The translations under genes were made by a program, and so were the position numbers. The notes under the pieces were generated by a model. The model was not told the origin of the DNA and searched no databases. It saw nothing but the letters and a program-made list of their open reading frames with translations. From an uncultured Pseudomonadota bacterium (GTDB lineage Bacteria; Pseudomonadota; Alphaproteobacteria; JACZXZ01), in contig CAVVLJ010000017.1 in NCBI GenBank assembly GCA_963749075.1, positions 1,024,001-1,088,000 of the forward strand: DNA of 64,000 nt. Reading direction: 5' to 3'. This document shows positions 7,387 through 17,517 of the stretch, piece by piece (the stretch's first letter is position 1; each line of letters opens with the position of its first letter).

Positions 7387-8934
7387 ATGAGAGGGAGCGG
7401 GCAATCGAGGCCTGGGGCTGCGCGCCGGCCGGGGATCCTGCGCTTCGTGCAGGCGCTGCTCCTCGCCTTGGCGCTCGCGGGTGCCCTCGCGGCGGAGCGG
7501 GGCGAGGCCGCCGAGGCGGCACGCCGCGTGGCCCTCGTCGTCGGCAACAACGCCTACCGCAACGTGGCAGCACTCGCCAAGGCGGTGAACGACGCCCGCG
7601 CCGTGGCCAAGACGCTCAAAGAGGTCGGCTTCGAGGTCATCGAGCGCGAGAACCTCGACCGCCGCGGCATGAACCAGGCGCTCAGCGAGTTCGTCGATCG
7701 CCTTTCGGCGGGCGGCGTCGGGCTCTTCTATTTCGCCGGTCACGGGGTGCAGATCGGCGGCAGCAACTATCTCGTTCCCGTCGACGTGCCGGCGCTCGGC
7801 GACCAGGAGGAGCTGCGCGACGAGGCCATCGAGGTCGCGCGCATCCTCGAGCGTCTGACCGAGGCCAAGACCAGGCTCAACATCGTCATTCTCGACGCCT
7901 GCCGCGACAACCCCTTCCCCAAGATCGCCGGCCGCAGCCTGGCGCGCGCGCGCGGCCTCGCCAATCCGGAGGCGCCGAGCGGCATCCTGATCATCTATTC
8001 GGCGGGTGCGAACCAGGTGGCGCTCGACAGCCTGGGCCCCGGCGACCGCAATCCGAACGGCCTCTTCACGCGCAAGCTCCTGACCGTGATGCGCGAGCCG
8101 GGCTTGCGCCTCGACGAGGCGGTGCGGCGCATCCGGCATGACGTGTCCACCGCCGCGGAGGCCGCGGGCGGCGAGCAGAACCCGGCGATCTACGACCAGA
8201 CCGACGCCGACTTCTACTTCGTGCAGCCGGGTGCCGCGGCGGCACCTGCACCCGCCGCCGGTGCACCTGCGGAGAGCGACAAGGAGGCGCTCTTCTGGCA
8301 GTCGATCAAGGACAGCACGGAGCCGGCGGACTTCCGCGCCTATCTGAAGCAATTCCCCAAAGGCGTTTTCGCCGACCTCGCGCGCACGCGGATCGCGGCA
8401 CTGGAGCGCGGCACGGCCGCCGCGGAGACCTCGCGCTCGGCCGCGGCGCCGAAAGCGCCGCCTTCGAAGCCGCCGGCGCCTCCGCGGCAGGCGGCAGCGC
8501 CGCAATCGACGCCGCCGCCGGCCGCAGTCCCCACGGCACCGCCGGCCGCCGGCCCACCGGCGGCGGCGGCGCAGCAGCAGGCCTCGGTACCTCCGGCCGC
8601 GAGCCAGCCCGCGGCAGCGCCCGCTGCCGCCGGCGGCCGCTTCGACGGCGAGTGGAGGGGCACCGCCGGAAGCGGCACCTACAACGAAAGCGTGGGCTTC
8701 GCCTGCCGCAACATGGACATGAAGGTGAAGGTGCTCGGCGACAAGCTGTCCGGGGTGGAGATCGCCTCCCTCTTCACGGAGAGCGTCTCCGGCACCATCG
8801 CGGGCGACGGCGCCCTCAGCGGGTCCATCGGCCGCGGCGAGTTCTCGGGCCGCTTCGAGGGCGACCGCTTCCGCGGCAGCTTCCGCCGCGGGGAGTGCGG
8901 CAGCGGCAGCGTCGAGCTCGAGCGCGCGCGCTGA
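7387..8934 (+). CDS. Exported caspase-family (peptidase C14) protein with Pro/Ala linker and C-terminal beta domain
   Basis: RVALVVGNNAY, FYFAGHG (His) and ILDACRDNP (Cys) dyad; N-terminal signal-like hydrophobic segment. Confidence 0.85.
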   Translation: MRGSGQSRPGAARRPGILRFVQALLLALALAGALAAERGEAAEAARRVALVVGNNAYRNVAALAKAVNDARAVAKTLKEVGFEVIERENLDRRGMNQALSEFVDRLSAGGVGLFYFAGHGVQIGGSNYLVPVDVPALGDQEELRDEAIEVARILERLTEAKTRLNIVILDACRDNPFPKIAGRSLARARGLANPEAPSGILIIYSAGANQVALDSLGPGDRNPNGLFTRKLLTVMREPGLRLDEAVRRIRHDVSTAAEAAGGEQNPAIYDQTDADFYFVQPGAAAAPAPAAGAPAESDKEALFWQSIKDSTEPADFRAYLKQFPKGVFADLARTRIAALERGTAAAETSRSAAAPKAPPSKPPAPPRQAAAPQSTPPPAAVPTAPPAAGPPAAAAQQQASVPPAASQPAAAPAAAGGRFDGEWRGTAGSGTYNESVGFACRNMDMKVKVLGDKLSGVEIASLFTESVSGTIAGDGALSGSIGRGEFSGRFEGDRFRGSFRRGECGSGSVELERAR

Positions 8935-8990
8935 CGATCACGCACGCATCGTAGCCGCATCGAACCTTCCGCCTTTCGGAGGCCAGTTCA

Positions 8991-9992
8991 ATGACCCGCG
9001 TTCCAAACGTCGTCCATTTCATATTCGGCTTCCAGCCGCAGACGCAGCCCTTTCACCTCATGCATTATCTCTGCCTTGCCTCCTGCATCGGCGTGAACCG
9101 GCCCGATGCGGTGTTCTTCCACTGCCAGCACGAGCCTTGGGGCGACTACTGGGATCGCATACGTCCGGAGCTCACGGTTCGCCACATCGAGCCCGACCCC
9201 TTCATTGCCTCGTTCCGCTACCAGGACCCCATGCTGGAGCGCTTTCGCTATGCTCACTTCACCGACGTGGCGCGGATCAAAGCCATCGCCGAGCACGGCG
9301 GAATCTACGCCGACATGGACACGTTGTTCGTTTCCCCCCTGCCGGCGCCCTTCTTCGAGCGCTCGTTCGTCATGGGGAAGGAGAAAACGGACCTCGGCGA
9401 CGCCGCCGCCAGGGACGCAGGGGGCTCTCTCTGCAATGCCTGGATGATGGGCGAGCGCGGTGCGCCGTTCGCCCATGAGTGGCTCTCGCGGCTCAAGGAG
9501 ACTTTCGACGGGACCTGGAATGCCTACGCCTGCCTCGCACCCTACCGCCTCAGCGTCGAGCACCCGGAATGGATTCACGTCGAGCCGGAGAGATCCTTCT
9601 TTCACTTCGACTATGGAGCCCCCGGCTTGCGCGACATTTTCACGCGCCGAGTCATGGACCTCGAAGGGATTTACAGCATCCACCTCTGGAGCCATCGCTG
9701 GTGGAACGCCAAAGCCCGAGGCCCGATCCGCTTTCACGCCGGCCGCCTGACCCCCGCCTATGTGCGCGGCGCGGACACCACATACGCGGCGGTCGCGCGC
9801 AATTTTCTTCCCCCCGAACTCGGACGGCAGGGCCTCGTGGAGCGGACCGCCGAGAGTCTGCAGAACGCGTGGGAGGATTTGGCGTGGCCCGTCATCGGCC
9901 CGCCGGGGCGGCTGGAACGGCGCCTGCGGCGAATGCGGAGCCGCAAGGCCAAGCGCCGGGCGGCAACGAGACAGTCTCCGCAGCAAGGCTGA
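8991..9992 (+). CDS. Glycosyltransferase, GT32-like DXD family
   Basis: VPNVVHFIF, D-AR...HGGIYADMD and IHLW motifs. Confidence 0.8.
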   Translation: MTRVPNVVHFIFGFQPQTQPFHLMHYLCLASCIGVNRPDAVFFHCQHEPWGDYWDRIRPELTVRHIEPDPFIASFRYQDPMLERFRYAHFTDVARIKAIAEHGGIYADMDTLFVSPLPAPFFERSFVMGKEKTDLGDAAARDAGGSLCNAWMMGERGAPFAHEWLSRLKETFDGTWNAYACLAPYRLSVEHPEWIHVEPERSFFHFDYGAPGLRDIFTRRVMDLEGIYSIHLWSHRWWNAKARGPIRFHAGRLTPAYVRGADTTYAAVARNFLPPELGRQGLVERTAESLQNAWEDLAWPVIGPPGRLERRLRRMRSRKAKRRAATRQSPQQG

Positions 9993-10023
9993 CCGCGGGC
10001 CTCGTCAAAGCACCCTTCCGGCG

Positions 10024-11242
10024 TCACTGCGCCGCGAGCCGGGCGCAGCTTCCCGCAGCATCGCCCGCGCCGAGCGCCTTGGCGAGGGTCTCGGCGAGCG
10101 TGGTGTAGCCGTGGCGGTTGAAGTGGTCCCAATCGCGCGGGCCGTGCAGCGGCGCCTTGGCGCTCGCCGCGCGCATGGCGGGGCGCGCGTCGAGGAAACC
10201 TACGCCGACGCGTGCCGCCTCGGCCTGGATCAGGCGGCAGATCTCGTCGCTGCGCGCCGGCACCGCCTTGGCGTCGCGGACGATCTGGTATCTGGGCGAA
10301 TTATAGGGCATGACGGCGAGGGATACCTTGTCCGACACAAGGCCATAGGCGCTCAGCACGGCGGGAATGTAGACGACCGTGATCGGCACGCCGGCAAAGT
10401 ACCCGCGGAGAAAGCTCAGAACTCGCGCGAAACACCTCGACGCCGATGGCGGTTTGCTCCGGCGTGAGCTCGAGGTCGGGTCCTTGCAGGTTGTCGGGGA
10501 GCTCGACCGTGCGCCCGCCGATGCGCGCGGCGGTCACCGTACCGGGCAGCCATGGCCGCATGATCGGCACGGCGGGATTTTCACCCAGGAGCTCGCGCCA
10601 ATCGTAGCGCAGCAGGTTGAGCGCGAAGTCCATGAGGAAGGCGTTCTTCCAGGGATACCATCCGTGGCGAATGCGCGCGCTTTCCGCTGCCGCCGCCTCG
10701 CGCACATAGGCGGCGATGTCCGCTTCGCCCGGAGCGCCGTTCGTGCGGCGGAGAAGCTCGCGGATCTCGTAGTTATTGTCGCTCAGGTCGTTGCCCTCGT
10801 AGAAGTAGGCAAAGATCTGCTTCGGCGCGTCGAGATGGAACGCGCTGCCGACGTTGATGTCCTCGAAGCTCTTGACGGGCTCGAGCACTTCGTTCTGCAG
10901 CTGGCCGGTGCCGACGTCGCCGAAGTTGACGACATCGCGGCCGGTCAAGCGGTGCAGCACGTGCGTGGCCTGGAAGTCGGGGTTGCCGTCATTGCCGACC
11001 TCCAAGAGCCAATTGCCGGAACCGGCGGCGTAGGAGTCGCCGAAGATTGCCACGTAGTCGCGCGGAATGGGACCTGCCTTCGAGCTTTGCCCGAATGCCT
11101 TCGCCCTGCCGAGAAACTGATTCAATCTCAGCGGCACCCTGTCGATGAAGTGGTGGAACACGCCGAAATCGAGCACGAGATAGGCCGCGACCAGCGAGAC
11201 CACGACCAATCCCCCATTGATGAGACGCTCGCGTGCTGCCAT
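10024..11242 (-). pseudogene. Membrane-anchored SGNH/GDSL hydrolase-like gene with a +1 frameshift near 10420
   Basis: FGDSY block I and EGND in one frame; D-DHFN-HGY block V in another; span is 3n+1; removing one T in AGTTCTG joins the frames. Confidence 0.7.
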
Positions 11243-11400
11243 GTCGCCGGAGCTCCCTGTCTTTCTTCCGCCATCGGCCTCTTCTACCACGCTGGCTTCG
11301 GCCGCGCCCAAGGGCTCCGCCAAGCCACGCGACCAAGGGGATAGGCTGGGGTTGACCGCAAGTGCCGGCGATGCGCTCGCCGGCGAGCGCGAGGGCGCCG

Positions 11401-12189
11401 CTACTCGATCTCCTTGGCGACGGGCGGCGCGTGGCCCGGCTGGCGGGCGAGGCGGCGGAACTCGATGACGCTCACCGGGATGCTCACGACATAGGCGACC
11501 GCCACCGCGGTCAGCGTCGTCCACGGCGCGCTCACGAGAAAGGCCGCGAAGAGCCCGACGAGGATGAGGAGCGGCAGCACGTAGTGGTGCGGCACGCGCA
11601 CGCTCTTGCCCGAATAGGTCGGCACCTGGCTGACCATGAGTGCCGAGACGGCGACGATCACGAGCGCGTTCACGAAGACATGGCTGAAGACGCCGGGCCC
11701 GAGATCGAAGCTCACCATCATCGGCGTGAGCACGAGGCCGGCACCCGCCGGCGCCGGCACGCCGGTGAAGAAGCGGTAGGCCCAGGGCGGCAGGTCGCTC
11801 TGGCCGAGCCGCGTGTTGAAGCGCGCGAGGCGCAGCGCGCAGCACACGCAGTAGAAGAGGACGAGCGCCCAGCCGATGCTGCCCGCGGCGCGCATCACCC
11901 AGAGATAGAGCAAGACCGCGGGCGCCACGCCGAAGCCGACCACGTCGGAGAGCGAATCCATCTCGGCGCCGAACTTGGTGCTGCCGCCGAGCATGCGCGC
12001 GATGCGGCCGTCGAGGGCATCGAAGATGCCGGCCAGCACGATGGCGGTCACCGCGAGCTCGAAGCGACCCTCGAAGCCGAAGCGGATGGCGGTGAGCCCG
12101 GCGCAGAGCGCCAGCACCGTCAGGATGTTGGGGATCAGCTTGTTGAGCGAGAAATCCTTGAGGCGCTGGCGCGGGGTGGGGGCGAGCAT
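11401..12189 (-). CDS. pssA: CDP-diacylglycerol--serine O-phosphatidyltransferase
   Basis: DALDGRIAR...FGAEMDSLSD CDP-alcohol phosphotransferase motif; LRLARFN; adjacent to psd. Confidence 0.9.
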   Translation of the reverse strand: MLAPTPRQRLKDFSLNKLIPNILTVLALCAGLTAIRFGFEGRFELAVTAIVLAGIFDALDGRIARMLGGSTKFGAEMDSLSDVVGFGVAPAVLLYLWVMRAAGSIGWALVLFYCVCCALRLARFNTRLGQSDLPPWAYRFFTGVPAPAGAGLVLTPMMVSFDLGPGVFSHVFVNALVIVAVSALMVSQVPTYSGKSVRVPHHYVLPLLILVGLFAAFLVSAPWTTLTAVAVAYVVSIPVSVIEFRRLARQPGHAPPVAKEIE

Positions 12190-12888
12190 CTAGCGCACCT
12201 CCCCCGGACGCGCGGGCTCCTGGCTGCGCATGTCGGCGATCACCGTCTCGCCGGCGAGCAGGCGCTGCCCCGCCGCCACGAGCGGGGCGAGGCCGGGCGG
12301 CAGGTAGACGTCGACGCGGCTGCCGAAGCGGATGAGACCGAAGCGCTCGCCCGTGCGCACGCGGCGCCCCTCGGCGACATCGCAGACGATGCGGCGTGCT
12401 ATGAGCCCGGCGATCTGCACGAGGGCAAGCTCGCGCGGCGCATCGCCCTCGTCGAGCGCCACGCGCAACGCGAGGCGCTCGTTGCCCTCGCTCGCCTTGT
12501 CGAAGGAGGCGTTCAAGAAGCGGCCCGGCCGATAGGCGCGCTTGACGATGCGCCCGCCCGCGGGGATGCGGTTCACATGCACGTCCAGAAGATCCATGAA
12601 GACGCTCACGCGCATCCGAGGCTCTCCGCCCATCTCGAGCTCGGCGGGAGGTGCCGCCGCCACGATGGGCAGCACGACGCCGTCGGCCGGGCTCACCACC
12701 AGTCCCTCGCGCACCGGCGTCACGCGCTCGGGATCGCGGAAGAAATAGGCGCACCACAGCGTCGCCACAAGCCCCAACCAGCCGAGGGGCTGGGCCAGCC
12801 AAAAAAGCAGCGCCGCCGCAAGCGCGAAGAGCGCTATGAACGGCCAGCCGTCGCGGTGAATGGGCACGGCCGTGAAGATCGGCACCAT
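12190..12888 (-). CDS. psd: Phosphatidylserine decarboxylase proenzyme
   Basis: FFRDPER, SPADG, DVHVNR and IRFGSRVD autocleavage motif. Confidence 0.92.
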   Translation of the reverse strand: MVPIFTAVPIHRDGWPFIALFALAAALLFWLAQPLGWLGLVATLWCAYFFRDPERVTPVREGLVVSPADGVVLPIVAAAPPAELEMGGEPRMRVSVFMDLLDVHVNRIPAGGRIVKRAYRPGRFLNASFDKASEGNERLALRVALDEGDAPRELALVQIAGLIARRIVCDVAEGRRVRTGERFGLIRFGSRVDVYLPPGLAPLVAAGQRLLAGETVIADMRSQEPARPGEVR

Positions 12889-12948
12889 CCTCTTCCCGAA
12901 GGGCGGCGCACGCGACGCGGCAGCGGCCGGCGTGCCGTCAATGTGCGC

Positions 12949-13596
12949 CTATTTGCTGACCACTTCCCATTCGCCGTTGGCGTTGCGGCAGGCGGTCTGC
13001 GTCGTGGCTTTCGGATGCTCCTGCGGCTGGGCCTGAGGCTTGGCCGGCTGCTGCTGGCCGGGCTGCACCCAACCGCCCGACGACTGCGCGGTCTGGGTGG
13101 GTTTCGCCGGCTCGCTCGACTGGGACTGGCCGCCTTTCCCCGTGTTCACCTCGGTCTTGTAGGTGCGGCACACCCGCCCCTGCTTGTCCTTATGGGTGCT
13201 GACCGGGGTGAAGGTGCCGCTATGCCCGGTCTGTGAGTTCGACCAGGTGGTGGTCTGACCCTGGTGCGGGTTGTCGAGCGAGTGCTGAAAGGCATCATGG
13301 GCCTGATCGCAGTCGGCGCGGCTGAGCACGTTGGCGATCACGCCGCCGATCACGCCGCCGAAGAGGCCGCCGAAGAACGAGCCGGGACCGCCGCCGGTGG
13401 CGCCGCCGGCAGTCGAGCCGGCGGCACCGCCCGCGTTCGCACCCGCGGCGGTATTCCATCCGACCATCATGGCGCAATTGTTATCGGCGGCCTGAGGCGG
13501 CGGACCCTGCTGCGCCAGGGCGGCTCCCGGCGCAGAGACGAGCGTGGCAAGCGCAGCGCCGATGCCTGCCGCGAGCGCAATGGCAATCCCTTTCAT
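12949..13596 (-). CDS. Secreted glycine-zipper / 17-kDa surface antigen (RT0821/Lpp0805-like) protein
   Basis: Signal peptide, Gly zipper, W-N--TG-SG, CR-Y and ACR--NG-W motifs. Confidence 0.75.
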   Translation of the reverse strand: MKGIAIALAAGIGAALATLVSAPGAALAQQGPPPQAADNNCAMMVGWNTAAGANAGGAAGSTAGGATGGGPGSFFGGLFGGVIGGVIANVLSRADCDQAHDAFQHSLDNPHQGQTTTWSNSQTGHSGTFTPVSTHKDKQGRVCRTYKTEVNTGKGGQSQSSEPAKPTQTAQSSGGWVQPGQQQPAKPQAQPQEHPKATTQTACRNANGEWEVVSK

Positions 13597-13699
13597 GGCC
13601 AGTCTCCCTCCCAGGCGGCCGGGCTCGGCTGCCTCAAAGGCGCAGAAGCCGCGCATCCCGCCAGTCGCGAAATATAGAGCGTAAACCGTAGCAGAATTC

Positions 13700-13777
13700 T
13701 TAGCCGGATGCGACGGGTCATCGTGGGGAAATCGGGCTCGGGCCGGACCTTCGGATGACCCGCCGGAATCCGGCTAA
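13700..13777. repeat. Long imperfect intergenic inverted repeat (stem-loop) including the LysM gene stop codon
   Basis: Arms TTAGCCGGAT..CGGGTCATC and GATGACCCG..ATCCGGCTAA. Confidence 0.5.
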
Positions 13778-15000
13778 TTCGTCTTGGTCGGCACGCTGAA
13801 GACCTGGCCCGGATAGATGAGGTCCGGATCGCGGATCTGGTCCTTGTTGGCCTGGTAGATCACCGTATAGCGGATGCCCTCGCCATAGCTGCGCCGCGCG
13901 ATCCGCCACAGGCTGTTGCCGGGCTGGACGACGATCGTGGAGCCGGCGGGAAGCAGCTCATGGGGCTTGGCGCGCGCGAAAGGCAGCACGATGCGCTGCG
14001 TCACCTGGCCGGTCGGCCCGATCTCGTCGAGCCGCAGGGTATAGAGGCCCGGCTCGATCTTGCTCTCGGGCACCAGCTTCCAATGGCCGCTCCCGTCGGC
14101 CACGACGCGGCCGAGCGGGTGGTCGTCGAGATAGACCTCGACCGTGGTCTTGGGGCTGGCCTCGCCGGAAAGGACGAGGCGGCCCTCCTCGTCGTAATCG
14201 ACCACCGCCAGCTTGAGCGCGGGCTTGGCAGCCGGCTTCTCAAGGGACGGTGCCGCGGCCGCCGCTTGAGGAGCCGATGCGAGGGACGGCGGCACGCGCG
14301 CGGGTGCCGCCCCGGCCGCGGTCGCCGGGACGGGCGGGGCCTCGCCGGCGGGGAGCTTGGCGGCGGGCGGCGGCTCTGCTGCCGCGACCTCTGCGGGGGC
14401 GGGCTCTGCGGTCGCTGTCTTTGCTGCGGGCGGCTGCTGGGTCGCCGGTGCCGCGGCGGGCGGCGCTTGCAGCACCTGGCTCGGCTCCTGGCTCTTGCCC
14501 TGGCGCGGCACGGCCAGCGCCAAAGCACCCGAGCCGCTCGCCGGACGGCCGGCGATGTCCTTGTTCGCCTCGGGCACGACGACGACGACGACGCGGTCCG
14601 ACTCGTGCGTGCTGCCGTCCGCCAGCTTGGCCGAGAGTCCGAGCTCGTGATCGCCGGGCGGCAGGAGCTCCTTGGGCATGACGACCCACTCGCCGCGCTG
14701 GTCCGCCGTCGCCTCGCCGATCGTCCGGTCGCCGTCGAGCACGCGTACCTTTGCTCCAGGTGCTGCGCGGCCGGCGATCACGGCGTGGCCCTTCTCGATG
14801 CGCACCACATCGAAGGACGGGGCCTCGTCGGGCTTGGCGGCCCGCTGCGCGGCCTGCGCTGCCGGCGGCGCAGCACTCGGCGCCACCGCGGCCGGCGCGC
14901 TCGCGGGCGGCGGGCTTCGCCACTCGAGCCAGCCGAAGACCGCCGCCGCCGCGATGACGACGGCCGCGGCGACGACGCCGATGACGGTTCCTCTTTTCAC
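13774..15000 (-). CDS. LysM peptidoglycan-binding protein with Ig-like domains
   Basis: N-terminal TM; PSFDVVRI; C-terminal VVQPGNSLWRIARRSYGEG...DPDLIYPGQVF LysM. Confidence 0.88.
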   Translation of the reverse strand: MKRGTVIGVVAAAVVIAAAAVFGWLEWRSPPPASAPAAVAPSAAPPAAQAAQRAAKPDEAPSFDVVRIEKGHAVIAGRAAPGAKVRVLDGDRTIGEATADQRGEWVVMPKELLPPGDHELGLSAKLADGSTHESDRVVVVVVPEANKDIAGRPASGSGALALAVPRQGKSQEPSQVLQAPPAAAPATQQPPAAKTATAEPAPAEVAAAEPPPAAKLPAGEAPPVPATAAGAAPARVPPSLASAPQAAAAAPSLEKPAAKPALKLAVVDYDEEGRLVLSGEASPKTTVEVYLDDHPLGRVVADGSGHWKLVPESKIEPGLYTLRLDEIGPTGQVTQRIVLPFARAKPHELLPAGSTIVVQPGNSLWRIARRSYGEGIRYTVIYQANKDQIRDPDLIYPGQVFSVPTKTN

Positions 15001-15132
15001 GCCGCCCTCTTCCCGGCTGAGCGGGACCAAGCTAATACGCCGCGCCGCGGCACGCAACAGAAGCGCGGGCAGAAAGCCCGGAAAATCCGCAAGATTCGCC
15101 CGCGGCGGCGGCCCTTAGACCCGCCTCCGCGC

Positions 15133-16020
15133 CTAGTTCTTGCCGATCGCGTGGTGGATCGCCGGCAGCGCCTTGAGATAGGCGGCGATGGCGGCGCGGT
15201 CCTCGGGCGTGAGCTTGCTCGTGCTCTGCTCCACCACGGCGTTCATGCCGTGGCCCACGAAGTCGCCGTCGGGCTTCTGGCCGGTCTCGAGCAGATAGGC
15301 GATGTCCTTGGCGCTCCAGCTGCCGATCCCGGTGTCCTTGTCGGGCGTAAGATTGGGCACCGCCTCGCCGTCGGGGCCTGCTGGCGTGCCGGAGAGCGGC
15401 TTGTTCCAATCGAGGGCGCCGAGCCAATTGCGCGGGGTATGGCACTCGCCGCAATGGCCGAGCGCGCGCACGAGATAGGCGCCGCGGTTCCACGCGGGCG
15501 AGCGCGCGGGATCGGGCGCCAAGGGGCCGCGCTTGAGGTAGAGCCGGTTCCACACCAGCATCAGGAAGCGGAAGCGAAAGGGAAAGCGGATGTCGTGGCG
15601 CCGGTCGGGCTGGACGACCGGGGGCAGGCTCTTGATGTGGGCGAACAGGTCCGCGATGTCGTCGTCCGTCATGAACGTGAAGGAGGGATAGGGGAAGACC
15701 GGGAAGAAGTGGGTGCCGTCCGGCCCGATGCCCTCGCGCAGCGCGCGCTTGAAGTCGACCTCGCTCCATTTGCCGATGCCGGTCGCGGGATCGGGCGTGA
15801 TGTTGGGCGAGTAGTAGGTGCCGAACGGCGTCTTAAGCGCCCGCCCGCCGGCGAGCAGCTTGCCGCCCTTCTCCGTATGGCACTCGGCGCACCCGGCGGC
15901 GGCGAAGATGTAAGCGCCGCGCGCGGCGGAGGGCGCTTCGGCGGCGCGCGCGCCGGCCGCGCCCGCGAGCGCCGCAAGGGCGCAGCCGAGGGCTACCGCC
16001 CGGGCAGCCTGCCGCACCAT
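15133..16020 (-). CDS. Diheme cytochrome c (membrane-bound dehydrogenase cytochrome subunit-like)
   Basis: CAECH and CGECH; TPFGTYYSPNITPD; signal peptide. Confidence 0.88.
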   Translation of the reverse strand: MVRQAARAVALGCALAALAGAAGARAAEAPSAARGAYIFAAAGCAECHTEKGGKLLAGGRALKTPFGTYYSPNITPDPATGIGKWSEVDFKRALREGIGPDGTHFFPVFPYPSFTFMTDDDIADLFAHIKSLPPVVQPDRRHDIRFPFRFRFLMLVWNRLYLKRGPLAPDPARSPAWNRGAYLVRALGHCGECHTPRNWLGALDWNKPLSGTPAGPDGEAVPNLTPDKDTGIGSWSAKDIAYLLETGQKPDGDFVGHGMNAVVEQSTSKLTPEDRAAIAAYLKALPAIHHAIGKN

Positions 16021-16095
16021 GGAACGGCCGCAAGGCTCGAGCACCGGCGCCTCGCTATAAGGGATGGGCAGCCGGCTCCAGCCGCCGCGCGGTGC

Positions 16096-16572
16096 TCATG
16101 GGGCCTTTTTGCGGAAGTCGTCGTGGCAGTCTTCGCAGACGTTATTGCCCACGATGGCCATCTGGGTGGTGATGGCGCTCAGGTCGCCCGTCTTGGCGAT
16201 CTCCACCAGCTTGGCGGTTTCCCGGTCGAGTGCAACGGCCGTCTGCGTGAAGTGGTCCCAATGGGTCCAGATGTCGTCCTTTGCCCGCGTCTTGCCGGCC
16301 GCGGAGCCGGAGCCCTTGGGGAAGCAATCGAGGATGAGCTTGCTCATCGCGTTGAGCGCCATGGCGTGGTAGAGGATGTGGCGTGCGTTGAACGGCACCT
16401 CGCCCTTGAGGATCAATCCGATATCGAGGGCGTGCGCGGCGTTGGCCTTCATGAGGTTCTGCCGGTACTCGATGATCTTCGCCATGTCGTCGGCGCGCGC
16501 CGCAGCAACGCCCGCGGCGAGGGCGAGGGCAGCTATGCCCCCAAGCAATGCCGCCGTAACGATCCGCCTCAT
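16096..16572 (-). CDS. Class II cytochrome c (c'/c556), copy 2
   Basis: Signal peptide, RQNLM, C-terminal CEDCH..FR. Confidence 0.88.
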   Translation of the reverse strand: MRRIVTAALLGGIAALALAAGVAAARADDMAKIIEYRQNLMKANAAHALDIGLILKGEVPFNARHILYHAMALNAMSKLILDCFPKGSGSAAGKTRAKDDIWTHWDHFTQTAVALDRETAKLVEIAKTGDLSAITTQMAIVGNNVCEDCHDDFRKKAP

Positions 16573-16807
16573 GTCGCCTCCTCGCTAAGCGCGGGCCCCG
16601 TCGCCCGCATGCGGTTATGGATCAGCGGCGGGCGACGCGATACGCCGGCCGCGGGGCCAGTCTGCACGACGGTCAAGCCGCTGTCGATCACAAGCTGCCG
16701 ACGCCGCGAGCGTCGGCGGCCCGCCGCAACGCTCCCGCGCAGCTCTCCCCGCGCGCGGCACCGGGCACCGCGCGCCGCCCCGGCAATGCGCCTGCGCCCG
16801 GCTGCGC

Positions 16808-17284
16808 CTATTGCAGCGGCTTGCGGAACGCCGTGTGGCAGGCGCCGCAGCCTGCCTTGCCCATGGCGCCGACCTGGGCCGCGATCGCCTTCATGTCGCC
16901 GCCCTTGGCGACCTCGATCAGCTTGGCGCTCTCGGTCTCGAGCGCCATCGCGATCTTCTGGAAGTCGTCCCAGTGCGTCCAGATCTCGTCCTTGGCCTGG
17001 GTCTTGCCGGCTTCCGGGCCGGAGCCCTTGGGAAAGGCGCCGACGATGAGCGTGCTCAACGCGTGGATCGCCTCGGCATGGGCCACCACGTTCTTGGCAT
17101 CGAACGGGACGTCGCCCTTGAGCATCATGCCGATGTCCGCGGCGTTGGCGCCGTTGGACTTCATCAGGTTCTGCCGGTACTCGATGACCTTGGCCATGTC
17201 CTCGGCCTTGCCGGCCGCGATGCTGCCTGCGAGCACGAGGGCCGCGAGGCCCGCGAGCCAGAGCGTCTTGATGATCCGCCTCAT
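16808..17284 (-). CDS. Class II cytochrome c (c'/c556), copy 1
   Basis: Signal peptide, RQNLM, T-AK-EIW, C-terminal CGACH..FR. Confidence 0.9.
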   Translation of the reverse strand: MRRIIKTLWLAGLAALVLAGSIAAGKAEDMAKVIEYRQNLMKSNGANAADIGMMLKGDVPFDAKNVVAHAEAIHALSTLIVGAFPKGSGPEAGKTQAKDEIWTHWDDFQKIAMALETESAKLIEVAKGGDMKAIAAQVGAMGKAGCGACHTAFRKPLQ

Positions 17285-17517
17285 GTCGCCTCCTCCTGCA
17301 ATCCGCGGCCGGCAACGGCCGCGGATTATTGTCCGCATGGCCTTGATCGACCGGCGGCGGTCCCACTGTGCCGGGAGTTGCCGGCGCGGGCAAGCGCCGG
17401 TCATTCACAAGGCGGTGATGGCGCGCCCGCGGCCGGCGCGGCCGGCGGATCGGCGGCGGCCGATTTTTTCACGCCGGCCTTGCCCCGCGCGCGCGCATTC
17501 AGCATAAGCTCGTCCGC

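Noticed and set aside
10301-12802. 833-aa minus-strand ORF as a single protein
   Set aside because: Its N-terminal part is an off-frame shadow of psd/pssA; only the part from 11242 encodes the SGNH-like protein
13960-17049. 1029-aa plus-strand ORF and similar long Arg/Gly/Ala-rich ORFs (e.g. 23168-25522, 40749-43151, 43004-45994)
   Set aside because: Antisense or off-frame shadows of clearly identified genes, expected at about 70% GC
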